Below, piece by piece: positions 1 through 9,667 of a DNA stretch of 23,341 nucleotides. Under the pieces are notes generated by a model. That model was not told where the DNA came from and made no database searches. It saw only the letters and a list, made by a program, of their open reading frames with translations. Source of the DNA: Amoeboradix gromovi X-113 (lineage: Eukaryota > Fungi > Sanchytriomycota); contig JADGIF010000074.1 of the NCBI GenBank assembly GCA_018985225.1, forward strand, positions 1 through 23,341, read 5' to 3'. A program made the position numbers and the translations under genes. Within the stretch, counting starts at the first letter, position 1, and every line of letters begins with the position of its first letter.

Positions 1-2
1 TC

Positions 3-3000
3 AAACCATTGCTAGCCGGTGCAATGACAGAGCAAACTATGAGAAGACAAGGTGAACAGTTGAGCGAGCTACAGTCACAGATGGACGCAGCACTGACTGC
101 GAAGGTCCAGTTGGAGAATAACGCGAACGCTCTACTCAATGAACAGTATAAACTAAAAGAATTACTCAATTTATCAGCTATTACTAATAACGAGCAGTTA
201 GAGCAATTGCAATCGACACGATTAAGATTAAATGAATTGCAATCACTTTATGCAGAAAGTGAGCAATCTGTTAAATTATTGAATGAAAACATTCTTAATT
301 TGACTGTTGCTAAAACTAAATTAGAATCAGAATTAAGAGATACAAACACAGCGAATGCTGACTTGAATTCGAAGTTAAATCAACAGACCCAGTTGTTGAA
401 ACAGTCTGATGTTGAGATATCATTGTTAAAATCAGATGCTGTTAATAACGAAGATTTAATCAACAAGTTGAACAAATCGATTGCGCAGAGCAATAAGGAT
501 TACTCAAATTTGCAATCCGAACATGAGAAAGTACTTGGCGTTCAGAATCAATCTAATTCCACCAACAGTCAGTTGCAAGCTCAATACAAGCTGTTGCAAG
601 AGCAGTTTAAAGAGTTGCAGTCCAAGTACGATATACTAGTTACGTCTAAGGGTAAGTTGGAAGATTTATTGAATACCGCAAATTCTAATAATCAGCAATT
701 GACTACAGATTTTAACAAGCTACAGTCGGAATACAATAAGTTGAACAACGATCACGTGTTGCTGCTAAAACAGCAAGAGCAGTCTGACGGTTTGATCAAG
801 GAATTAAGTGCAGTAAAAAGAGATTTAAACTTAAAAGTACAAGGATTGCAAAGTGATTTAGATCAGACTATATTGTTAAAGACCCAATTGGAGTCTAAGT
901 CTTCGAAGCTTCAATCTGAGTTAGCGTCTCTAAATGATTTAATAAACAATAAAAATGACAGCCACTCAAAACAAGGTGAACTTATCAAATTAAAGGAATC
1001 TGAAGCCAAAAATTTGCTGCAACAAGTACAGCAGGTTACTAGCCAGTTAAATGAACTTAAACAGGTCCATTCTAATCAATTAAATGCTTTGAAGAACAAA
1101 CAAGATGAAGATTTGTTGCATTTAGAGAGTGTCTTGCAGTCTAAAAAACAGGTAGAGGTGAAATTGAGTTTAATCAGTAACGAACAATCTGAGTTACTGG
1201 AATTGAAGAATAAACTGGAGATTCAAAATAGAAGTATTACTGACAAATGTAATCAGTTGCAAAGCACTCTGGAGACTACAACCAGTGAACTTCAAACTAT
1301 AAAATTGAATAAACAATCCCAAGATAGTGTTTTGTCGGATACACAATCTAAATTGCAGGAATTAGAGTCAGCGATAACTAAATCAGAACATGAGCTCAAG
1401 TTGAATGCCAGATCTTTGCAGTCAAAGAATGATGAGTTAGATATGGCCAATCGCAAGTATTCTAAGATAGAATCACAATTGTTAAAGCTTCAATCAGAGT
1501 TGGATGCAAAGAACCAGGAGTTCGAGTCGCTCAATAGTTCCAGTGGAGCTACTAACAAACAGCTACAGGAACACTCTAATACTATCCAAACACTTCAGAA
1601 CCAATACAATATCGCTAACAGCGAACTATCTGCAAGTCAATCTAAATGCAAGCAGTTGATGGAATCATTGAGTCTGAAGTCATTGGAGATTGTGGAACTA
1701 GAGTCGAATATTAACGGACTGAACAATGTAAAACAAAGATTGACTGTAGAGCATGAAGACTTACTCCATGAGTTGGATGCAGGTAATGCTACAATAAGTA
1801 AACTGCAAAGAACTAACAAGCAGCTGGAATCTCAGTTGCAACAGGTACAGCACCAACACGACACATTAACAAAGACTATTGGTAATTTGGAATCCACAAA
1901 TAGTAAGCAGTTAGAGAAGAACCAGTTATTACAGCAGGAGTGCAACAACAAAGACGGAATCTATCAACAGTTGCTTAAACAAAAGAATGATGTGCAGTTG
2001 GAGTTAAAGAATTTGATTGATCAAATCGGGGAAGGAGGTAAAAACATTCATGATTTGAACAATAAATTAAAGAAGCAGACTCTTCTACTAGAGCAAAGTG
2101 AGGAGCAACTTCAATCTGAACTGCTACAAAATCAGCAGCACGTAATGAACTTGAATGGAATGAGAAATGAACTGCAAGATACAAGGATCAAGTACGAGGA
2201 AGAATTAGCTATCAAGGACCAAATGATGGATGAGACACGTCGATTGTTACTAAAAGAAATAAACGATCTAGGCAATCAAGTTGAGCAATGCCAGCAAACT
2301 ATAGCCACTCTAACCAACACAAACACCACGTTAAAGAACGAATTAAATGAATTATCATCAACGGCTAGCAATATCAGTAATCAGCAGCAGTTAGATGGCA
2401 GAAAGACAAAAAAATTGGAGCTTCAAATACAACAATTACAACAAGATGTTTTAAATAGCAACAACCAGAAGCAGCAGTTTGAAGAATTAAGCCAGCGTCA
2501 TGAAAAGAGATGTGCAGTCTTGCAGAAAGAGTCAGAGTTATATGAGCAGCAGTATGAGCAAGAACTGCAGAAAAAGAAATTGTTGGAACGTAAAAATGCT
2601 GAATTGCAAGAACAGTTGAATATTACTAGCAATGAAAAAGCGTTATTGCTAGAGTCTAATAAGAAGTTGAGCGTTGATGTAAACGATTTGAAAGAACAAT
2701 TGGACCTCTCTATTGAAAAGTACTCAATACTAGAACAGCAACCACAGGTCACTACGAATGGTGCAAGTATTGAAGAATTGGAGTCACTAGAACAACAACG
2801 CAGAGCATTGCAAATAAAGTTCAAATTGCAGGCTAGTGAAATGCTAGAATTGCAAAGTGAATTGGAATCTGTAAAAAACAAGAACAGCCAATTGACAACT
2901 CAAGTTAACGAATCCACTCACTTGTTAGAAGTTGCTAATACTAACAACGGGGCAATCGAAGCCAGGTTAAGGAAATCAGCATTAGAGAATAAGGAATTGG

Positions 3001-4382
3001 CTGGTAGATTAGCAAATGAAAGTGACTTGGTGAAGGAGTTGAACGAATTGATCAATCAAAATAGAGTTAAAAGTGATGGCTTATTGAATAAACTCGAGAA
3101 CATGGAAATGAGTAAGTTGAAGTTAGACAAGGAGTTGAGTTTATTAGTGATTAAATACAAAGAACAAGGTGTATTGAATGAGCAGTCAAATAACCAGATT
3201 AAGCAGTTTACAGCTCAGGTGCAGCAGCTGCAGCAATCTAACTCGCAATTAACGACTGAATTGGAAGAGTCTCATTATGACACTACTCAGTTAAAACAGC
3301 AGTTATCTAATGCTAACAACCAACTTCAGTCTCTACAGCAACAGATCAACAAGGTGAATGCGAACCATCAGGATGAATTCCAGCAATTCCAGATTAAGTG
3401 GACCGGTCAAATCAAGTTATTAAACAATGAACTAACGGAAGAGCAGGAGAAATCAAAGAGTTTTAAAGCATCATTGGATGAAGAGATTAACACCAGTAAC
3501 AAGTTAAGAGGCCAGTTGAATGAGTTAGAGGATTTGAAGGAATTGATAGCTACAAAACAATCTCAAATCGATTTGTTGAAGAAGTCAATTAGCGCCAGTG
3601 ACGATCATTTAAACCAACTGATGACTCAAATTAATAATAGTGCAGCTAACAACAAGGAGTTAAGAAGTAAAATTGACTCTGATGACGTGGAGATGGTGAG
3701 ACTAAACAAACTTATCAAAGAGCTAACTAAACAATTAGAAGAGCCAAGTAAGCATACTGGTGTTGATGAGGGAGCACTGCAACTGATTAGCAAAGACAGA
3801 GACACGTTACAAACATTACTAGAGGAGGAAAAGGAAGAAGGATTGATTCTAAAAGACAAGTTGAATAGATTAACTAATCAATTTAATGATCTTAACACCC
3901 AATTGGTTCGAGTTAACAGTGAATTAGAGAATACTAACCTAAACAACAGTCAGTTAGAAATCAAATTAAAAGAATCTAAAATGAGATTAATGGAATTAGA
4001 AGGAGCAACCAAGAAAATGGATTTGAAGGCCTCAAAGTATGTGGAAGACAGAATCAACGAATTGACTAATCAATTGAATGCAGAGCAAACAGAAAAAGAT
4101 GATTTTAGCAGACAATTACGAAAAGAAGTGAGAGAGAAGAGAGATCTGCTTATCAAATACGAAGATGGAGAGAAGAATAAGTTGAAACTACTCGAAGAAG
4201 TAACGAAATTGGAGTCCAAGTTAAAAACAGCAAAGAACAAGATGGAAGAAATGGATACAAATGAGAGCATGGTGCAATTGAGTATCAGAAAGATGCAAAG
4301 AGATCTGGATGAGTACATTGAGAAGAGCGATCGATTGGAAAAGGAAAATGAGAGATTAAAAATTAGAGCAGAGCGAGCATAA
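3..4382 (+). CDS. MYO1: Myosin II heavy chain, coiled-coil rod/tail (5'-truncated by the window; motor domain lies upstream)
   Basis: The frame is open from position 3 and begins KPLL, matching the conserved VKPLL head-rod junction of class II myosins. About 1450 aa of heptad coiled coil follow. The C-terminus (YVEDRINELTNQLN...ESMVQLSIRKMQRDLDE...RLEKENERLK) resembles fungal myosin II tails. The ORF-track start at 9 (TTG) is not the real start. Confidence 0.85.
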   Translation, partial: KPLLAGAMTEQTMRRQGEQLSELQSQMDAALTAKVQLENNANALLNEQYKLKELLNLSAITNNEQLEQLQSTRLRLNELQSLYAESEQSVKLLNENILNLTVAKTKLESELRDTNTANADLNSKLNQQTQLLKQSDVEISLLKSDAVNNEDLINKLNKSIAQSNKDYSNLQSEHEKVLGVQNQSNSTNSQLQAQYKLLQEQFKELQSKYDILVTSKGKLEDLLNTANSNNQQLTTDFNKLQSEYNKLNNDHVLLLKQQEQSDGLIKELSAVKRDLNLKVQGLQSDLDQTILLKTQLESKSSKLQSELASLNDLINNKNDSHSKQGELIKLKESEAKNLLQQVQQVTSQLNELKQVHSNQLNALKNKQDEDLLHLESVLQSKKQVEVKLSLISNEQSELLELKNKLEIQNRSITDKCNQLQSTLETTTSELQTIKLNKQSQDSVLSDTQSKLQELESAITKSEHELKLNARSLQSKNDELDMANRKYSKIESQLLKLQSELDAKNQEFESLNSSSGATNKQLQEHSNTIQTLQNQYNIANSELSASQSKCKQLMESLSLKSLEIVELESNINGLNNVKQRLTVEHEDLLHELDAGNATISKLQRTNKQLESQLQQVQHQHDTLTKTIGNLESTNSKQLEKNQLLQQECNNKDGIYQQLLKQKNDVQLELKNLIDQIGEGGKNIHDLNNKLKKQTLLLEQSEEQLQSELLQNQQHVMNLNGMRNELQDTRIKYEEELAIKDQMMDETRRLLLKEINDLGNQVEQCQQTIATLTNTNTTLKNELNELSSTASNISNQQQLDGRKTKKLELQIQQLQQDVLNSNNQKQQFEELSQRHEKRCAVLQKESELYEQQYEQELQKKKLLERKNAELQEQLNITSNEKALLLESNKKLSVDVNDLKEQLDLSIEKYSILEQQPQVTTNGASIEELESLEQQRRALQIKFKLQASEMLELQSELESVKNKNSQLTTQVNESTHLLEVANTNNGAIEARLRKSALENKELAGRLANESDLVKELNELINQNRVKSDGLLNKLENMEMSKLKLDKELSLLVIKYKEQGVLNEQSNNQIKQFTAQVQQLQQSNSQLTTELEESHYDTTQLKQQLSNANNQLQSLQQQINKVNANHQDEFQQFQIKWTGQIKLLNNELTEEQEKSKSFKASLDEEINTSNKLRGQLNELEDLKELIATKQSQIDLLKKSISASDDHLNQLMTQINNSAANNKELRSKIDSDDVEMVRLNKLIKELTKQLEEPSKHTGVDEGALQLISKDRDTLQTLLEEEKEEGLILKDKLNRLTNQFNDLNTQLVRVNSELENTNLNNSQLEIKLKESKMRLMELEGATKKMDLKASKYVEDRINELTNQLNAEQTEKDDFSRQLRKEVREKRDLLIKYEDGEKNKLKLLEEVTKLESKLKTAKNKMEEMDTNESMVQLSIRKMQRDLDEYIEKSDRLEKENERLKIRAERA

Positions 4383-4405
4383 TAAATTTTAATAATCAAA
4401 CATGC

Positions 4406-5371
4406 TTATTTACTCTTCATGGACTTGTACAAAGAATGAGTGCTATAGATACGGTCTGGATCAATGCTTTTATCTAAACCGGGCATATCGTATATAGATT
4501 TGGAAGATATGGCAGGAGAAGAGTTAGCGCTGGCGTCTACTGACATAGATTCTTCGATCGCTTGCTGTCGAGACAGTAGTTTATGAGTTCTGTACTTTTC
4601 ATAAAACTGAAGCTTTGTTATGTTCTTTAGAGCAAAGTAATTATTAACCAACAAACAGTGAATTAGGTGAACCAGATTTGTATGATTAGGATTCTTTATA
4701 TCCAAGTTTCCCCAAGCAAATTTCTTTCCAAGAAAATCCTCATCGTGGTCATCAGCATTACACACTAAGAAAGGAACTAGTTCCTGCATAGCTATGTCTT
4801 CTTCATATTGCACGCCTTCCTCTGGATCCATGAATGAAAATATTGGAATGTTTTCAGACTTTATTTTGTTGGATACTTTCAATTTCCATTCTTTGCGAAC
4901 GGCGCAGCTCATAGAGTCAGCATGAGATAGTACCGGAATCACATTAGCTACCAAGCACAATCTCTTTATTACTTCAATGTCACCAATCATATCTTGCATA
5001 GGACTAATTACATACAAAATACAGTCAACGAGTGAGTTTTTAAGCCCGGACTTTGGGGTTCTTTTGACTTTTAGCTCTTCTGAAAGCTCGGATTCATACT
5101 GGGTTTCAATATATTTTAAAATATCTGTCATTATTTCCAAGTCTTGTTTGTCATTAGGGTAAAATGAAAATCCTAGTGAATCAACTACCTTGAAGATGGT
5201 TTGATCGTTATTGTAATCAACGTTACTGGTAAACACTGTTAGATGGCCTTGCTGAACAACACTAGGAGTAACATCAAAATATTTGTAAATAGTATTTGTT
5301 AACGCAGTTTTACCGCTTCCTTTTCTGCCGACAACCATCAAGTTCAAACGATTTAAGCTAGTAGTCTTCAT
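4406..5371 (-). CDS. Divergent septin GTPase
   Basis: LNLMVVGRKGSGKT (G1), VVDSLG (G3-like), NVIPVLSHAD (G4-like), GKKFAWG and YEKYRTHKL (septin unique element), YIETQYE...EELKVKR. Confidence 0.9.
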   Translation of the reverse strand: MKTTSLNRLNLMVVGRKGSGKTALTNTIYKYFDVTPSVVQQGHLTVFTSNVDYNNDQTIFKVVDSLGFSFYPNDKQDLEIMTDILKYIETQYESELSEELKVKRTPKSGLKNSLVDCILYVISPMQDMIGDIEVIKRLCLVANVIPVLSHADSMSCAVRKEWKLKVSNKIKSENIPIFSFMDPEEGVQYEEDIAMQELVPFLVCNADDHDEDFLGKKFAWGNLDIKNPNHTNLVHLIHCLLVNNYFALKNITKLQFYEKYRTHKLLSRQQAIEESMSVDASANSSPAISSKSIYDMPGLDKSIDPDRIYSTHSLYKSMKSK

Positions 5372-5424
5372 TTTTCGTGGTTAGACTCGATTTGCTATTA
5401 AATACACTTGGTATTAATTAGGCA

Positions 5425-5431
5425 CCAATCA
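5425..5431. promoter_or_regulatory. Candidate CCAAT box upstream of the septin gene
   Basis: CCAATCA about 54 bp from the septin ATG. The same 7-mer sits about 59 bp before the CCCH gene ATG. Confidence 0.3.
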
Positions 5432-5789
5432 CAGCTCCAAATTAAAAGTCTTGTCAACCAGAATATCAAAAATTTCCATAGAAAAACTGGAAATGCTAGT
5501 CGCTCCGTTACAATGGTCATTCATAATTTCGTTACTTTGAGACAGTACTTAACAAGGTTCTATAAATTTCAGATGCGTATCACCTACTAACATATGAGAC
5601 ATCAAATATAAAAACTGGACTAACTTTCTATAACAAGTTGGAACATTATCTCAGCTTTATTAATTTTATGGATTTAAGAGGCGAGTGGACATTCAGCTAG
5701 TTGCGGAGTTGACGAGTATAAAAGGAAAATAGATATTCTGTACAGCTATTCTCTTACTCTTTCATCCAATCTTTATTTCAAATAAACCT

Positions 5790-5867
5790 CTGATTCATAA
5801 TACTAATTCATAGTACTAATTCATAATACTGATTCATAATACTGATTCATAATACTGATTCATAATA
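5790..5867. repeat. 13-bp minisatellite, 6 units (CTGATTCATAATA)
   Basis: Directly readable tandem units; units 2 and 3 carry 1-2 substitutions. Lies inside TIR element copy 1. Confidence 0.95.
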
Positions 5868-5940
5868 GGGTATATTTTCATTAAGAACTATCCAGAAAGA
5901 ACTGCCTTGCACATGAATAGAGACCTTTCCTAATAAAGTT

Positions 5941-6117
5941 ATGGCCAAGAGAAAGCAAAAGCTTTCATACACCAGTAAATCAAAGAAGTGTAGTGTCTGT
6001 GAGAATGAAATTGACAAGAGTAATGATGTTAGTATAACATTACAAAATGATACTAGAAAAGAGTATCGTCTAAGAAAATGCACCTTTTGCTTAGATGCTC
6101 AAGGACCTCATATCTAG
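5941..6117 (+). other. 58-aa mini-ORF with basic N-terminus and two CxxC pairs inside the TIR element (possible transposase zinc-finger remnant)
   Basis: MAKRKQKLSYTSKSKKCSVCENEIDKSNDVSITLQNDTRKEYRLRKCTFCLDAQGPHI*. The C-terminal 35 codons and the stop are retained in copy 2. Confidence 0.5.
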
Positions 6118-6604
6118 TTTTATTTTGAAGAGGGGATTGAAAGTAATGAAAGAAAATTGGTATAATAGAAGATCTTTTATTAATCATTTCATCCGTATGG
6201 AGCACCTCCTTTAAAAACGAGTTAGTCTAGTTTTTATATTTGGTGTCCCAAAGCGTAATACGAAAGAGAAAGTTAGCATTGAAGATAACCAAGAAGGCGA
6301 AACGTAGAAACATGGAATAGAAATTATATCTCAGTACTAAAAACGATTAGAGAGACTGCTTATAGACTTGAACATGTTAAATACCCATCTCTCCTTCCCT
6401 GAAATTGGGTTGAAGAATAAAAACACCACCACAGTCCAAAGGATTTTCGTGCATAGTTGCGAGAAAGATAATGAGCCAAGAAATTTAGTTTAAATCAAGG
6501 ATTGGCGTTTTTTAAGTATCTGCCTAGGAACAGGAAGATCTTTTCATAATGGTATCTCTTCCTCCGATGGGCTACTGTTTGGAAACTCACCCCAATTAGT
6601 CTAC

Positions 6605-9600
6605 ATGATACGTTTAAAAAATATTTTTGCTCTAAGTTTACTTATTATTTTAACATACTATTTATTCAGCTTTATCATGATATTTATTGGGTTCATTTCT
6701 TTACTTTCTATTTGGTTTAAACTTAAATTAAATCCCAAGCCGTTTGTTCCTGAAATTCCATTTTTAACTATAAATTTGGAACATGACTCTAAAAGAATAG
6801 AATTGAAATATACCCCAGAGATAAACAAGCAAATCAAGGACCTACTCGAAATGATTGTAAAAACCTACTTCTCATGGCACTCTGAAATAAAATCTTTAAA
6901 CAAGGATTTTATTGAGACAGTGGAATACTTAATATTGAAAGCATTGGTAGACGTTGTCAACAGATGGAACGCAATTGATGTGGTTGCTTTTATTAACTCA
7001 AAAATACTTGTTATTTATCTAAATCATGTGAGACTACTTTGTCGCACTCGTCAACATCTCGATGGAGATAAGCCTCGTAGTTACACAAGATCTAAGGAGT
7101 TTGAAATAATGTTTGCTACTAAATATGCTGACATGGGTGATATTCATAAAGGTATTCAATTCTCTAGCGCTAGTATTGATCCTAGCTATGTTCGCCATAT
7201 TCTTAGCAATTTACTACAATGCGTCTTGCCTGCTGGTGAATATCAGTCATTGGCTTGTAAGACTATTGTTATAGAGATACTGACTAAGCTAATTGTTATT
7301 CCTATTTTAGACAAATGCGCTACAAAAGACTTTATAAACTCATTCATTGACATGTTCTGTATCCATTTGCTGCGCGAAATGAGAATGGTTAAAGAATTAC
7401 GAAGAGTGTTAGAAGCTAACTCACAGCAGTCTAGTACTATAAAATTAAAGAGCTATGACGAGTTTTTGCTAATGATTAATAATTGCCAAAACCTCCTGGA
7501 AGCCAAAAGAATCAGAGATCAAATAGTGATGGAAATAAGAAGAAAAAGATTAATAATAGGTGAAAAGAACAGCAATCAATCAGTAAATGGTGTGAAAGTC
7601 AAAAAACTAATTCAGTACACAAACAAGCTGGTATTGGCAAAAAGAAGAATAGAAAAGAGGATATTGAATCTAGGTGGTAATGTGCCAATGTACGAGCAAT
7701 CTAATGCAATGGAGTCTAGTTTACTGGCAGTCTTAAATAGTAGCGTAGGGTTAGCATACTTTTCAGAGTATTTGGATCTTCAGTCAGGGCAACAGGTTTT
7801 ATCATTGCATTTAGCGATGGAAGGTTTAAATCATCAGTTGAATATGTTCGATGAGTCAACTGGCGATTTTAATGCATTATCTGCAGACATCGCTATGATT
7901 ATAAACTTACATTTTGCAGAGAATGTCACACATTCACTTGCATTTCCTAGCAGCATAGATTCTGAACTAAGAAAGGTTATGGAATCATTAAAGCAGTCGA
8001 AATTAGATTTTGTATCATTTGCCATTGCTAGATCTATCTTGTATCAATTTATAGAAACGCAGTACTTTGAGAAGTTCAAAAAGTCTGATCTATGGCTTAG
8101 AATGTCTAATGAGTATGAACTGGACAAAAAGGAACTGATAGAGAGCGATAAGGAAGATTTGGAAGAAATGGAGGAATCCGAGCTGCTAGGAACAGATGCA
8201 GTTATAAATGTTCAAGGACAACTACAGCATATTGTAGATGACAATGAGGATGATAGCATTTATTCTGAACTGACTCCTGTCAGTGTTAATCCTTTGAGCA
8301 ATAACCAACCTGAATCCACAAGCGAAAATAGCACCCAAATACAGTCTATAACCTCTCAGATACAAGAACTAAATGATAAAATTGATAAGCTAAAGCAGCA
8401 TGAGGCGATCTTATCTACTTTGGTTAAAAGCCATGGTAAGAAAATAAAAAATAAATCAATATTAGATGTTGACGATGCCAAGGTATTGTTTAATACGCAA
8501 ACACTAGATAGTACCTTAAAAAGAGAATCTTCTATATCCAAGTCTAAAAGTACGTTTGTAATTAGAGCATTGGGTAGCGAGGATGAAAGCTACAAAATAT
8601 TAAAGAAGAGTTTGCAAGACGTGCAGCATGAGCAGCAAGAGCTACAAGCTAGTAAACTGGTATTGGAGAATCAAGGAAGAGATTTGTCGATTAAACCCGG
8701 CAGTGTGGACATTTATATTGATAGTTGGACAAGATCGAATGATGGGAGAAAGGAGTTCATTTTGTACTTGATTCGAGTTAAGATTCAAAACGGCAATTCA
8801 TGGAATATTTACAGAAGGTACAGCGAGTTTTTGGAGCTCTATGAGGCTTTGAAGATAGAGTTTCCGATGCTGCCTTATGAGTTGCCCTCTAAACGACCTA
8901 ACATGTTATATGTTGGACAATTGAAAGAGGAGCTAGCGTCCAGCAGACAATCAGGTCTAGAGTCATACATAAGAAACCTAACTCACCATGAGGATGTTTG
9001 TCAATCCACGGAATTTAGAAAGTTCTTGTCACAAGACATAGACAACACCAGGGTGGTCAGCACACCGAGATTAATACACGACTCAAGTGTAGACACAATA
9101 GAAGAATCCCCTAAAAAGGGATTTTCATCATTTATTAACAAATCCCCGATTTTTAGATCTAATAACTCAAGCATGAGCAATAAAGCAAGCAGCTCGGCAC
9201 TCAAGGAATCAAATGATGGAAATAGAGTAATAAGCGATCTGATATTAGAGCTCTTTGACTTGCAAGAATCTGTTTTTAGAAAACATGCGGTTAGCGTAAT
9301 ACTAAATCAGATATTCGGTGGGGTTATAGAAAAGAAGCTGCTGGAAAGTGTGCAACGACTTTGTTCCGAAGAAATGATTTTATTTTACTTGGACACCCTA
9401 AAGGATAAGTTATTTGCAGTTCAAGCATCAGAAACTGTTTGCAAATCAGAAGAGACCAGAATCAAGATAGAGCTGTTGTTTCCAGAGATATTTGGCGGAT
9501 TTTTGGGAAGGAACAACGCATTTAAAGCAGCCGGGAGAGTGTTTGATTCATTTCAAAATGATATTCTAAATTTGAATTTGATTACCACAATTTTAATAGA

Positions 9601-9643
9601 ACTAACCAAAGAACTATTTCCGGAAGTAGAGCGGGTTATTTAA
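6605..9643 (+). CDS. Sorting nexin of the PXA-RGS-PX-Nexin_C type (Mdm1/SNX13/14/25 family)
   Basis: N-terminal hydrophobic TM segment, PXA region (IVKTYFSWHSEI), RGS region (GLAYFSEYLD...YFEKFKKSDL), PX domain (WNIYRRYSEFLELYEALK...RQSGLESYI), Nexin_C tail (RVFDSFQNDILN). Confidence 0.92.
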   Translation: MIRLKNIFALSLLIILTYYLFSFIMIFIGFISLLSIWFKLKLNPKPFVPEIPFLTINLEHDSKRIELKYTPEINKQIKDLLEMIVKTYFSWHSEIKSLNKDFIETVEYLILKALVDVVNRWNAIDVVAFINSKILVIYLNHVRLLCRTRQHLDGDKPRSYTRSKEFEIMFATKYADMGDIHKGIQFSSASIDPSYVRHILSNLLQCVLPAGEYQSLACKTIVIEILTKLIVIPILDKCATKDFINSFIDMFCIHLLREMRMVKELRRVLEANSQQSSTIKLKSYDEFLLMINNCQNLLEAKRIRDQIVMEIRRKRLIIGEKNSNQSVNGVKVKKLIQYTNKLVLAKRRIEKRILNLGGNVPMYEQSNAMESSLLAVLNSSVGLAYFSEYLDLQSGQQVLSLHLAMEGLNHQLNMFDESTGDFNALSADIAMIINLHFAENVTHSLAFPSSIDSELRKVMESLKQSKLDFVSFAIARSILYQFIETQYFEKFKKSDLWLRMSNEYELDKKELIESDKEDLEEMEESELLGTDAVINVQGQLQHIVDDNEDDSIYSELTPVSVNPLSNNQPESTSENSTQIQSITSQIQELNDKIDKLKQHEAILSTLVKSHGKKIKNKSILDVDDAKVLFNTQTLDSTLKRESSISKSKSTFVIRALGSEDESYKILKKSLQDVQHEQQELQASKLVLENQGRDLSIKPGSVDIYIDSWTRSNDGRKEFILYLIRVKIQNGNSWNIYRRYSEFLELYEALKIEFPMLPYELPSKRPNMLYVGQLKEELASSRQSGLESYIRNLTHHEDVCQSTEFRKFLSQDIDNTRVVSTPRLIHDSSVDTIEESPKKGFSSFINKSPIFRSNNSSMSNKASSSALKESNDGNRVISDLILELFDLQESVFRKHAVSVILNQIFGGVIEKKLLESVQRLCSEEMILFYLDTLKDKLFAVQASETVCKSEETRIKIELLFPEIFGGFLGRNNAFKAAGRVFDSFQNDILNLNLITTILIELTKELFPEVERVI

Positions 9644-9667
9644 TACTACATCCAATAAATGCATTTA

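Larger units (their letters stand above)
5596..6249 (+). mobile_element. Non-autonomous TIR DNA transposon, copy 1 (654 bp)
   Basis: About 30-bp imperfect TIRs GAGACATCAAATATAAAAACTGGACTAACT / AGTTAGTCTAGTTTTTATATTTGGTGTCCC. Both ends are highly similar to an inverted copy at 12331-12729. No TSD is visible here (ATAT/AAAG). Confidence 0.9.

Noticed and set aside
1637-4399. Several minus-strand ORFs rich in S/C/L/F/N inside the myosin gene
   Set aside because: Expected antisense shadows of an E/Q/K/L-rich coiled-coil CDS. The same applies to shadow ORFs inside the nexin, FRS2, PLD and SEN1 genes.
5408-5590. 60-aa ORF upstream of the septin, and other 60-78 aa intergenic ORFs (5847, 12720, 12908, 22664)
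   Set aside because: No motifs, mostly non-ATG starts or antisense to mobile-element relics.
5790-5867. Possible CRISPR-like or telomeric array
   Set aside because: Head-to-tail 13-mers with no spacers, located inside a transposon in eukaryotic DNA.
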